Origin: Vitrella brassicaformis CCMP3155
Taxonomy: Eukaryota > Protista > Chromerida
Length of the DNA stretch: 64,000 nt
NCBI GenBank assembly: GCA_001179505.1
Contig: CDMY01000938.1
Location: 1-64,000 of the forward strand
Direction: 5' to 3'
Below are positions 1 through 10,364 of this stretch, piece after piece; positions within the stretch are counted from its first letter, which is position 1; the number at the start of each line of letters is the position of its first letter. The notes under the pieces were generated by a model. That model saw only the letters and a program-made list of their open reading frames with translations, made no database searches and had not been told where the DNA came from. The position numbers were made by a program, and so were the translations under genes.

Positions 1-330
1 TGCTGATGGGACTGTATTTGTATGAGTATCACGGACACACAGACGAGTGTCACGGTTAATGACAGTTTCCCCCCATGAATGTTCGTCTTGCGAGTCATAA
101 TTTCGATTGAGTCCATCAAATCAAGTCCACATCGGCGCCAAACGCGCACATATCGGCGCGCATGCATTGCGCCATCTACATAGATGCGGCTCTGCGTCCG
201 CCTACATTCACGCGCCTATATGGGCGGATCTTCCGTCGTCTCTATTCATGCGCCGACATAGGCGCGTCTGGCGCCTACATAGGCAGTTCGAACGCAGGCT
301 CTTACTTATCGCGCCTATGTAGGCTGCCGT

Positions 331-436
331 CTCCGTCTATATCGACGAAATCCGCGCCTATGCAGACGCGAGCCCTTTCTGATGGGGCCTATATAGGCTT
401 GCGGCTCCGTCTATATCGACGAAATCCGCGCCTATG
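331..436. repeat. 32-bp direct repeat (331-362 and 405-436) within a cluster of GCCTAYRTAGGC palindromes
   Basis: ctccgtctatatcgacgaaatccgcgcctatg occurs twice. Palindromic or near-palindromic gcctacataggc (273-284), gcctatgtaggc (313-324) and gcctatataggc (387-398). Confidence 0.85.
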
Positions 437-465
437 AAGGCGTGGTCCGCGCCTGGTTCATGGGT

Positions 466-490
466 GATGAGATGAGATGAGATGAGATGA
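466..490. repeat. (GATGA)5 microsatellite
   Basis: Read directly from the sequence. Confidence 0.9.
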
Positions 491-582
491 GTCGAGCTTG
501 GACAGAGGCACCACAATACAAGCGACTTGCGCTCCAAAGCTGGCCCTGCCCCCGCAAGGCTGGCATGTCTGCCCGTAGGGCC

Positions 583-882
583 NNNNNNNNNNNNNNNNNN
601 NNNNNNNNNNNNNNNNNNNNNNNNNNNNNNNNNNNNNNNNNNNNNNNNNNNNNNNNNNNNNNNNNNNNNNNNNNNNNNNNNNNNNNNNNNNNNNNNNNNN
701 NNNNNNNNNNNNNNNNNNNNNNNNNNNNNNNNNNNNNNNNNNNNNNNNNNNNNNNNNNNNNNNNNNNNNNNNNNNNNNNNNNNNNNNNNNNNNNNNNNNN
801 NNNNNNNNNNNNNNNNNNNNNNNNNNNNNNNNNNNNNNNNNNNNNNNNNNNNNNNNNNNNNNNNNNNNNNNNNNNNNNNNNN
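583..882. other. Assembly gap (300 N)
   Basis: All three gaps are exactly 300 N, so this is a placeholder size. Confidence 0.99.
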
Positions 883-1080
883 TCACTGCAGGGCTGGCTT
901 TGTGACTGCAGGGCTGGCCCTGTGACTGCAGGGCTGGCCCTGTGACTGCAGGGCTGGCCCTGTGACTGCAGGGCTGGCCCTGTGGTTGCGGGCTGGCACT
1001 GTGGTTGCGGGCTGGCACTGTGGTTGTAGGGCTGGCCCCGTGGTTGTAGGGCTGGCTTTGTGGTTGTAGGGCTGGCCCTA
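883..1080. repeat. 19-20-bp minisatellite
   Basis: tgtgactgcagggctggccc four times perfectly at 901-980, then variants tgtggttg(c/ta)gggctggc to 1080. It runs into the gap on the left. Confidence 0.95.
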
Positions 1081-1630
1081 TGGGCAGACATGCCAGCCTT
1101 GCGGGGGCAGGGCCAGCTTTGGAGCGCAAGTCGCGCCTACTGCAGTACGACCTCGTGCGGTCGATTCTCGGGTCGATTGTGCCGCACCAGCAGAGATATC
1201 ACACCTGCATGTCCGGCCTGTTGCGAGTCAGCAGAGAACAGCCGCATACTGATCTGGTCTGTGACATGGGCTTGGCGAACGAGCACTCATGTAGACAAGA
1301 CGTGGAAGGTGTGTGCCATGCCCTAGCTGCCGTGGCAGTCAGCCAACTGTTGTTGCCTTGCTCTCACCGCGGTGACGGAGAAACGTGAAAACCGATCAAT
1401 TCTCACATTCTGACGTCGCCGAGGAGGAATTCAACAACAACAGTCGGGCACCACTGTCCCCTCGCCCACTCAAGGCTCATCACAGTCATTTATGTACAGT
1501 CCAAAGAGCCCCGCGACAATATCCATACAAGCATGTTGGCCGGACTGCCTCCGATCTCCCTCTCTTCACTCGACAACAACATCAAGTGTTGACACCCACA
1601 GCATACAACGAATGCAGGTGCGCACGAAGG

Positions 1631-4565
1631 CTACCTTACAACTGTCGCTTGCTGCTGCGGCTTCGGTACTCTCGGTGAGCTCTCGCCAACGGCATCCGGC
1701 ACATCACCAGATCCAACGGACACAGCCGAGGCAGCGTCATGCTCGATGGCCAGCACACCGTCTCCACTGTCTTGCGAACGAAAAGGGAGCGTCTCACGCT
1801 CCAGATACAAAGCCCTGTTGACAACCTACCACACAGAGATCACACCTGAGTGAGCCTTGGCCCATCACATACGTACACGTGGCAACGCACCTTGGGATTA
1901 TCAAGGCATGCGACGATTGCCGCGGCGACGTCCTCCTTGCTGACCGATGACACCGTACGCTTGTCACCCGACGGCCTTGCTCGCGTCACGAGCCTGCCCG
2001 GCTGTGCTGCAGAGGGCGACGTTTGTGTCTCTTCTGCCGACTCATCCCCGAAATCAGGGACACGCAGAGAGCAGAAGGGCACCGCTGACCTGATAGACGC
2101 ACCCATAATGGCACTTGTGTGTGGGTATGTGTGTTGGCTTGTGTTGTTTTGTGTTGTGTGGCTGACAGCTGCACGGTTCGCTCTCTGTGAGCTGCCTGGA
2201 AAGCCAGCCTGTGGGTGTCGAACAGGGGGTCGTTTGGGTTGCCCATCACGCTCTCAAAACGAGACCTGACACACGAAAGCACACAGTTACTTGCCTATGC
2301 AGCAAGGGCCAGCGAATATCGGCCGTCTCACCCACCTGAGGAAGTTCCACTGTGTCCTGTCGACGACAGGCGGCAGGGCAGACGACGAAACAAACAGCAA
2401 CTCAGGCGCAGTCTGCTCGCGATACGCCTCAATGCCCTACATACACGAGACACACGTATCCACATGTGCGTCCGTTGCCCACTTGGCCCCACCTGACCTG
2501 TATCCTTGCTCCGAATTCCTCCTCGAATCCCTCCCTTGTGCGCCTGAAGACGATGCCCAGCTGCACGATGTCGCTGCGGTCGAACAGCACAGCACCAGAC
2601 GGGTTGTCGGACACGCTCATCAAAGGAACGCCATTCACGTGCGGCAGGAAGGAAGAGAATGGCACCAGGGTCTGCGAGAAGACAGTCGTCATGTGCGTAC
2701 GTGTGGTTGTGTGTGTGATTTCCTGACCTTGGTGATCTTGTTGGGTGCGTCGATGTCGGCTTCGAACTGAATGCCATCCTGCCAATACGACTGAGTGCGG
2801 ATGACCTGGGTGACAGACACAGGGGATCGACAGACAGACGGACAGACTTGCATTTCTATCTACAGATCGGCCAGGGTGGTGCTCTGGGTGGGTGGGTGTA
2901 TGCGTATTATACCAGTTTGTATTTGGGCCTTCCCTTGTCTCGCAGCCACCGGATCATCAGACCGCCGTAGCAATCCAAACTGACACACACATACCCATAG
3001 ACATACATATGGATGGCTCTCAATGACGGAGGTCGGCAACCAGCCTTACTTCATGGTGAGGGGGACCGACATGAGCGATATCTCATTCTGGGGATACCTG
3101 CACACACGCACACACACACACACACACTCACACATGCTCACGGTGTGTATGCTTATTCAATAGAGCGCCTTTCTCTGCTCACATGATGTTGCCGAAGAAC
3201 TTTGCGTCCCTCCCAGCGAATGTGTTGTCCTTGTCTGCCCCGGCCTTCAGATCCTGACCACGGAAGAAGCGAGTCTCGCACCACGCAGCCGAGGCCTGAT
3301 CGACCCACAATGGCAAGAGTACGGAAGCGTCGATGTGTGTGTGTGTGTGTGCATCTCGTGATTGCTTACGCCTTCCTGTCGGTCTTTGGGCCAGTTCGGC
3401 CTCAGTAGCCCCCGCTCCTCGATCGACAGCAGAGTGCGATCGAAAGACTGCACACACACACACACGGACAGATAATGGCTGTCAGAGTGAGTACACATGT
3501 GGCGCATGGAGCCCACCTGTCTAAAGTCGAGCAGCGTCTGTCTATATCTGTCCTTGGCCGAATAGTTGAGGGCCACCAACACGTTGAGCAGTGCTGCCCA
3601 ATCAGACGTCTGGAAGGGACGCGGCACGCTGTCCTTCAAAAGCTGAGCAACGAACCAGCCACACATCGATAAGAAACACCGATGGGTTCGAGTGTCTGTC
3701 TATTGTCCGTACCTCTCCAGTCTCCAGGAAGACCACCTTGTCGGCGCCCCTCACGGCGTCAAACACAGACAGCAAGTCGCTGTACTCACCCTGACCAACC
3801 ATCACACAGCAAACACACGCGTAAGCATGCACTCTCTCTGCGAGTCCGCTTCTCCCCTTTCGTACCACAAAGTACTGCACGTCATCTCCCAGTGCCGCCC
3901 TGGCCTCTGCCATGAGCTCGCTGCTCACGTACACGCGAACTCGATAGCCTCGCGACAACAGCAGGCGGACCAACGCTCTGCCAGTCGGACCTGCAACACC
4001 CACAGGACAGGCACACATCAGTGTTCCGTACATCCAGGCAGATGTCCATTCATGTGTCGTTCCTTCCTCTCTCGCTCACTTGTGGCGCCGAGCACGAGCA
4101 CATCGAGAGGTTTCGGTGACGGTGGCGCCTCTGCCTTCTCCGTGGGCAGTTCCTCCACAGGCTGGCCCTTGACCTGCTGAAAGGCCGAGCCCTTGGCGGG
4201 CGAGCTGTCGCCGAACAGCTGGTTGAAGAGACTGAACGCCTGCTGGAACACACCCTCATTCTTGGGCGCCGCAGACTCGCCCGACGATGATTCGTTCTGA
4301 TGGAAACACATAACCACACATGCAGATCTGTCGTGCACGTGCTTGCAGATGCGCTTCGTACCTTCATCTCTGCAGATGCGACGGCAGATCTCCCTTGGTT
4401 GCGTCGAAATGGCCTCCTCTGCGGTGTGCTTTCGCTGCTGAAGCGGCCGGAAGGCTGCAGGATGAAGCCGCCGGCGAGGCAGCACAGGCAGGTTGCGAGC
4501 AGGAGGGTCAGCTGGAGTCTCCTTCTGCTTCGCGACGCCACACACGCCATGCCCATCGACTCCAT
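1631..4565 (-). CDS. HCF173: Plastid-targeted NAD(P)-binding Rossmann (atypical SDR) protein with CIA30-like insertion, HCF173-like; multi-exon
   Basis: N-terminal signal plus transit-like leader (LQLTLLLATCLCCLAGGFILQPSGRFSS). Rossmann motif LDVLVLGAT..PTGRALVRLLLSRGYRVRV, then DAVRGADKVVFL. CIA30-like middle exons (PFQTSDWAAL, FDRSDIVQLGIVF). C-terminal SVSKEDVAAAIVACLDNPK-VVNRALYLE. Stop at 1631-1633; start may be 4565, 4556 or 4550. Confidence 0.7.
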
Positions 4566-4997
4566 TTCAGGCGACTGACAGCAGATCTCAAATCAAATCC
4601 ATCGAGCTACAAAGCGCCTGCTGTTCGTGGGATGGAGGTGAATCACTGTAGCTCGCATGTGGAGTCAGTGACCAGGGCCGGCGCAGAGTGGCAGGATGCG
4701 GATAGACTGATGAACGTTGATCTTGATTCATCCACTTGCTGTCCGCTGCACGGAGTGGCGCTCCTGGCATGCGACGACATAAGCTGCACTGCAAGCCGTT
4801 CAAGGCCCTCAGTGCAGCTCACCCCGCCTTTGGCCATGAAGATCCACTCACTCCACCGGCACAACGCAGTATGACACACCAACCATCGCTCTCATGACTG
4901 TCACTTATCAAAATGCAGGCAGATGGACAGACATCTCTCTAATTAAGTGATGCCATCGAATCACAACTCCCTCTCTCTCCCCCTCGCTGTGCGTCTG

Positions 4998-6295
4998 TCA
5001 TTGTGGCGGAATGGTGAAGAGGCTCTCCAGCTGCCGCACAGTGTCGTCGGGATTCACAACAGTATGGCCCTGCAGACAGTGAAACTCACGCTGTAATGCT
5101 GGCTGACGGGTGTGCATCATATGCTCACGATGGTGCGTGGGTCCTCATAGATCTCGTGATCGTTGCCGCCCTGAACACAGACATGCACACACAGCTGTCC
5201 GTGTCAGTACGTAGTCTACGACGCGCGCTCACCGGTCCTGTTTTGTCGCCAAAGAAGTGAATTTCTGGGAATGCACCGAGGAACTGGAGGCAGAACGTCT
5301 TGTCCCATCCCTTGGGGAAGCAGTCGACGCTGATCTGCCCGCCGATGGAGAACTGCAGCCCGTAGTCGGCGAAGTTGGATTCCAAAGCCTCGACGAACTT
5401 CTTACGGACACCGTGCTCCTGATGAGAGAGGGGAAAGGGCACATATACATATCAGTGACCACCACCCATTGGTGTTGTATGGACTGGCGAGCGACTGTCT
5501 TTCTTGCCTGGTCGTATTTGTTGAACGTGAGTCTCTCGTCGTAAGAGCAGTTGCGGCCGATGGGTGAGAAGTTGAGCATGCCCGTCCGGTACTCGATGAA
5601 CGTACCCCTGGCCAATACACACACACACACATACACACACGTGGTGACGTGTGGTAGTTCGTCTGTGAGCTGACCTCTTGATGGGTATGTCGAGGTCGGC
5701 GAAGTACCTGAGGACGAAGTTGACCAGCCGCTTCAGCTTCTCCTCACCCAGGTGAACCGAGATGCTCTGATACACACACACACGTACACCACGTGCAGAG
5801 ATGATCTGCCTGACGGTAGTGTTTGCGTCCTCTGTCTGTCCGTGCCTGCGATCCGATGATTTCGCCATCCTTGTACGCGACCACTCCATTCTCGACAAAC
5901 ATGTAGTCACACAACTCGTGACCTGAGTGTAGCCCAGACAGTGATTTGATCAGATCTGCTAGCCGTGCCTTAAGCTACACGACGTGCTTACTGTTGGTGC
6001 CGAACTGTTCCTGCACCTTCTTGAGGTCGGATCCGCTGACGATGCCCACCTTGACTACCTTGCGCAAACGCTGCAGAAACTCCACCATCTCGGGAGTCGC
6101 ACTCTGAACACACACAACGCGCACACACAGGCACACAGACACGCTCGACTCGAAGCAGGCGTGTGATGGTGTGTCTGAAGCAGCGGATCTGTGTGTGTGT
6201 GTGTGTGGACGTACCTTTCGCGCTTCTGCGATTGTGCCATCGAGATCAAACAGAGCAATGCGACCTGCCGTCATCTTGCCGTCAGGCTCAACCAT
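4998..6295 (-). CDS. PMM: Phosphomannomutase (eukaryotic HAD IIB); multi-exon
   Basis: [96 protein letters not shown]. Start is 6295 or 6274. Confidence 0.96.
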
Positions 6296-7011
6296 CCGCT
6301 TGAGGGATTGGAGGGGAGGAAGCTCGCAACAAAATTTACGCACTGTCATCGGGCGACAAGCGATTGTTTTGTCTGTCTGATGCGATTGTCAGTCATGCAA
6401 TAACACACGCTCACACGACGCTGCACAAAGACAGGAGCAAGGACTCACTCTATCGTCTCCACCACGGGAAAACGGGGCGGAAGGACATAATCGTAATCCA
6501 TCACACCACTTAAACGCTGCTGGCTGCCCCACACGCACACGTACACGCACATGCAATTCAGATAAACACCCACCCATTTCATCTATCTATCGCATCTCTC
6601 TCATCCTTTGCATGTATGTCTGCTGCGATATATGCTGCGATGATAAGGACGTAGACATTTCATCACAGCTGCAACGGCCACATGGCATGGAAGGAAGGAC
6701 ACTTCGGCAGGCCTCTTGAAACACACACACAGAGACCGAGAAGCGGTGACTGGGGAAAACTCGGGCAGAGTGAAAAAAGACACCGCCCGTATGCCCCTCG
6801 CTGATGGGCTGACTGATTCACTCACTCAGTGACCTCCATCTACACCTCTACACTACACAGACTTGACAAAGGTGCCATCAGCTCACTCACTCAGTCGTCA
6901 ATCGCCCTCTCGCCTTTCCCCCTGCCCAGCTGCCTCTCTCCGTATGTCTACCCACTGTGAGTATGCAAGTCTGCATGGATGTGTGCATCTGTGCGTGAGT
7001 GCATCCATCAC

Positions 7012-10000
7012 TCAGTCTCCTCCTCCTCCTTCATGGTGTCCATCGCTTTGAAGGCCCCCAAGCAGTCCACAAGACCCGAACCAGTGGCCAAGTCCTCACC
7101 CTCAACTGCACACACGCAGACACAGACACAGACACGAACGAAGTGGCGGCATGATACATGCGTCTGTCGACTCGGTACGGACCGTCCATATCGACGGCGG
7201 TGTCCTTGAGGATCTGCTTGACGGCGGCAGGAGTCAGGTTGGGATTCTGCTCGAGCATCAGGGCCACGCAGCCAGAGATGTGGGGCGCCGCGGCAGACGT
7301 CCCGAAGAAGTTCGGGTCGGCGTCTTCGTCCTTCTCGCTGTCGCTATAGAAGCTGGCCGTATTGCCACCTGCAGACACCAAGGGGAGCCAAGCCGCCGGC
7401 ATTCATGTCGTCACTTCGTGTTGTGGCAAGCTCACCGTCGATGCCAACCATATCGGGCTTGACAAGTTTCACCTCCTCGATGGCTCCGCCGGCGTCGTCG
7501 AAGAGAAGGGGGATGTAGCCGACCGAGGAAAACTCCTCCTTCTCAGGTTTCTCCAGGTCCCCGTCGAAGTAGTTCGTGTTCTGCGCACACAGGCGCACCA
7601 GAAGAGGCAGTCGATTGTACTGGTTGCTCATCTATCTGACGTGTTTGTCTGACCTGCCAGAATGCTGCACCGGCAGAAATGGCGCCCTCGGCATTGCAGT
7701 GGCCTGGGGACACAACACACCCATCCCCACATCATGTGCACACAGGAGATGGTTTCGCGGCCATCCATCCGTTAGTTAGGTCGACATGCTCCATTCGCCC
7801 GCCTCTCACCGTAGATGGTGGCCCCTCCTTTGTTGCAGCACTCATTCTTGACCTTGGCGCCATCGATGACGGCCGCAACATACTGGGGGTCTGGGTCGTC
7901 GTTGGTTTCCTTTTGCAACCTTCTGGAGTCTCCCCTGGCATCACCACTGCCAACCCACTTGAGGATCGCTAGGTAGACAGTCTCATTCTCCATGTTCTCA
8001 TTCTGCAGGCATGAAGGCAAGACAGCACGCACTCATGTGGTGCGAATCGAAGGGCGAATGTGGATGGCGCATACGTAATACTCAAACATCTCCATCGCGT
8101 CGCCGTCCGCGTTGATGGTGTTGCTTCCGCCGACGATTTCCCACTCCGCCGCCTCACCCTCCTGATTGTCCTCCTGCTTTGCCTTTTGGAGCAGGTACAT
8201 ATCCAAATCACTATCCGCACCTTTGCCTCCAGCAGACTGCCACACAAAGATGCATGTGTACCCCCCTCCCTCTCTGTGTGTGTGCGTGTGTGTGTCGTTG
8301 ACTGACCGCGCTGGGGGATGCCCAGTTCATGATCATGAGCACGCCCATGCCGCCTTCGACCTCCAGCTCCAACAGGCTCTCGCAGTTCTTGCCTTTCCCC
8401 GAGAAACAGTGCATCTCGTACGTCTCGCTGCATATATCGCATCAGGACAAAGCCACCACCGACCCGACCCATGTTTGTATGTGTACACCGGCGGCTGCTA
8501 CGTGTGATGTAATCTGTCTCACTTTTGCAGGACCATCTCTTCGCCGCTGTTGGTGAAGTTGGCAAAGTACCCGGCATTGCCCCAGTTGCCTGCGGCCGAC
8601 AGGTAAGTGCTGCCCTTGGCGACCACGTCCTCGGCGGCTTGAGCAATTATACCATGCTGGAACATCGGCTCTGCCATTACAGCACCACAAGACACAACAG
8701 ACAGGCCGACCCATGTCAGCAGGTATCCAGTTCAGAAGGAGAGTGATCATCTGTTTGCGTACCAGCGAAGTAGATAACATCGTCCACAATGACTTTACAG
8801 CCGACCTTGTGCAGCTCTCCGATGTTTGCAGCGAAGCCCGCCTCACCGTCGAAGGCAGTCGCGAAGGCAAGCTTGGAGCCGGGGGCTATGTCGTGAACGA
8901 TCTCCATCATCCCCCCACCCTGCATATAAGGGGCGTAGAAGGAGCACACTCGTGTTTGCATCATGTGAGCGTGGTGTCCAGCGTCTTGTCTCTCACCTCA
9001 TCACTGCCCATAGCCTGATCTTGGATGACCTCCACTCCTTCCTTCGGCAGGTCGTTCTGCTTTATCAGCTTGTCGGCAACGCCGGTGGCGTTGTAGGAGT
9101 CAGAGAGCACGCCCACCTTCACGCCCGAGCCGTTCACGGCATACTGGTTCCTGACCTCCGACGTGTAAGAGGCGTCGTCGCCCTCGGTCGTCACAGTACC
9201 CACCAGCTTGCGCACGGGCGGCACAGGCAGGGGAGGGGCTTCCAAGCCCAGACGCTCGGCCCTCTTCTGCTTTGCGGCCATCCTCCTCCTGAGCATACCC
9301 GACCTCGTGTCCATTCGGGAAGCCCTCACCAGCAGCACCTGGGGCACCTTGGCCACCTGCAGGATGGCCTCGTAGGGCAAAAAGCCGCTCCTCAAGTGCT
9401 TGTGGCTCTTCAGGTCGCTGAGGCCGAGGGAAGCGAAGTCGGCCTGCAGCGCCTCGGCGGACGTGTCGGCGTTTTGCGGGTTGAGGACGATGTCGACGAG
9501 GATCTTCTCCTTGGTCACGCGGGTCCGCGTGCGCTCAGCAAACTGCTTGAGGCCCTTCTCGGACATGAAGAAGTCGCGGAAGGGCTCGAAGGTCTTGAGG
9601 ATGCCCCGGTCGCTCTGTGCGGTGTCCTGGCCCTTCTGGCGCTTCTGGAAGCCGTCATAGAGCAGATGCACCTGGTAGAGGAGGGTGTCCAGCCCCTGAG
9701 GGGGGCGCCGCAAGTCCAGAGGCATCGACACTCTGTCCATGGGCTGGAGCATCGGCCTTGCACCTATGACACGACAAATACCACAGACAAAGACAGCAAT
9801 GGTGAGCGGTGGGTCTCCGTGCACCGCCCCGCCGGCCCAACGGTCGCTGACCATCCTCTTCGCCCTTGGCCTCATGGTCGCCGGAGCGCTTCTTGCCGGC
9901 GCCCGATTGCTTCCCCTCGCTCTCTGCTCACCACACACCATACACACACACACACACACCGGCCGGCAATACCTTGTGTCGCGCTCTGGCATTGTTCTCC

Positions 10001-10108
10001 CCGCCCCCCCTCGCTCTGCTTACTCTTGCTGTCCGCTCTGAAGGAGTCGGCGCTGGCGAAGCAGACACCAAGGGCGAGGAACACCGCAGCCAACGGCCCT
10101 GCTCTCAT
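7012..10108 (-). CDS. Secreted subtilase-superfamily serine protease (S8/S53-like, bacterial type); multi-exon
   Basis: Signal peptide MRAGPLAAVFLALGVCFASA and prodomain. VKVGVLSDSY; SDEGGGMMEIVHDIAPGSKLAFATA; VIVDDVIYFA; TYLSAAGNWGN; KPDMVGIDG; catalytic Ser motif NFFGTSAAAPHISGCVALMLEQNPNLTP; DLATGSGLVD. Confidence 0.9.
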
Positions 10109-10364
10109 CTTGCTTCTCGGTAGAGAGGGCGCCGCCTGCTGCCTATGTAAAGCTGTACAGCTTCAACCTTGTCCTTGGCTGAGTCTGCTCACGAGGATTG
10201 GAAAGGGAAAATCCGACAAAAAGCAACGGCCACGTCTTGTGTTTTTTCCCAACGGCTGCGCGCGCCCTATCCCTAACGCCCAGGCTCGCAATTGACACGA
10301 AGCTTGAGAGGCTTGTTATAACCGTTGCAGCTGCAGATCTGTGTTGTTTGATTCGCCTGGCGCT

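Larger units (their letters stand above)
522..1134. mobile_element. Putative foldback/MITE-like element: 61-bp inverted repeats enclosing a minisatellite
   Basis: 522-582 is the reverse complement of 1074-1134 with one mismatch. The interior is a 300-N gap plus a tandem array. No target-site duplication found. Confidence 0.45.

Noticed and set aside
883-1080. Repeat array as a CRISPR locus
   Set aside because: The units are contiguous with no unique spacers, there are no cas genes, and the context is eukaryotic.
432-1129. ORFs spanning the first gap
   Set aside because: Translations of the minisatellite and N run.
1080-1388. 102-aa ORF starting inside the right inverted repeat
   Set aside because: No recognisable domain or splice support; not a transposase.
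10266-10277. ccctatccctaa as a telo-box in the protease/SF3B2 promoter
   Set aside because: Too short, and not recurrent in the other divergent spacers.
8826-10295. 489-aa plus-strand ORF
   Set aside because: Antisense shadow of the GC-rich protease exons; no recognisable motifs.
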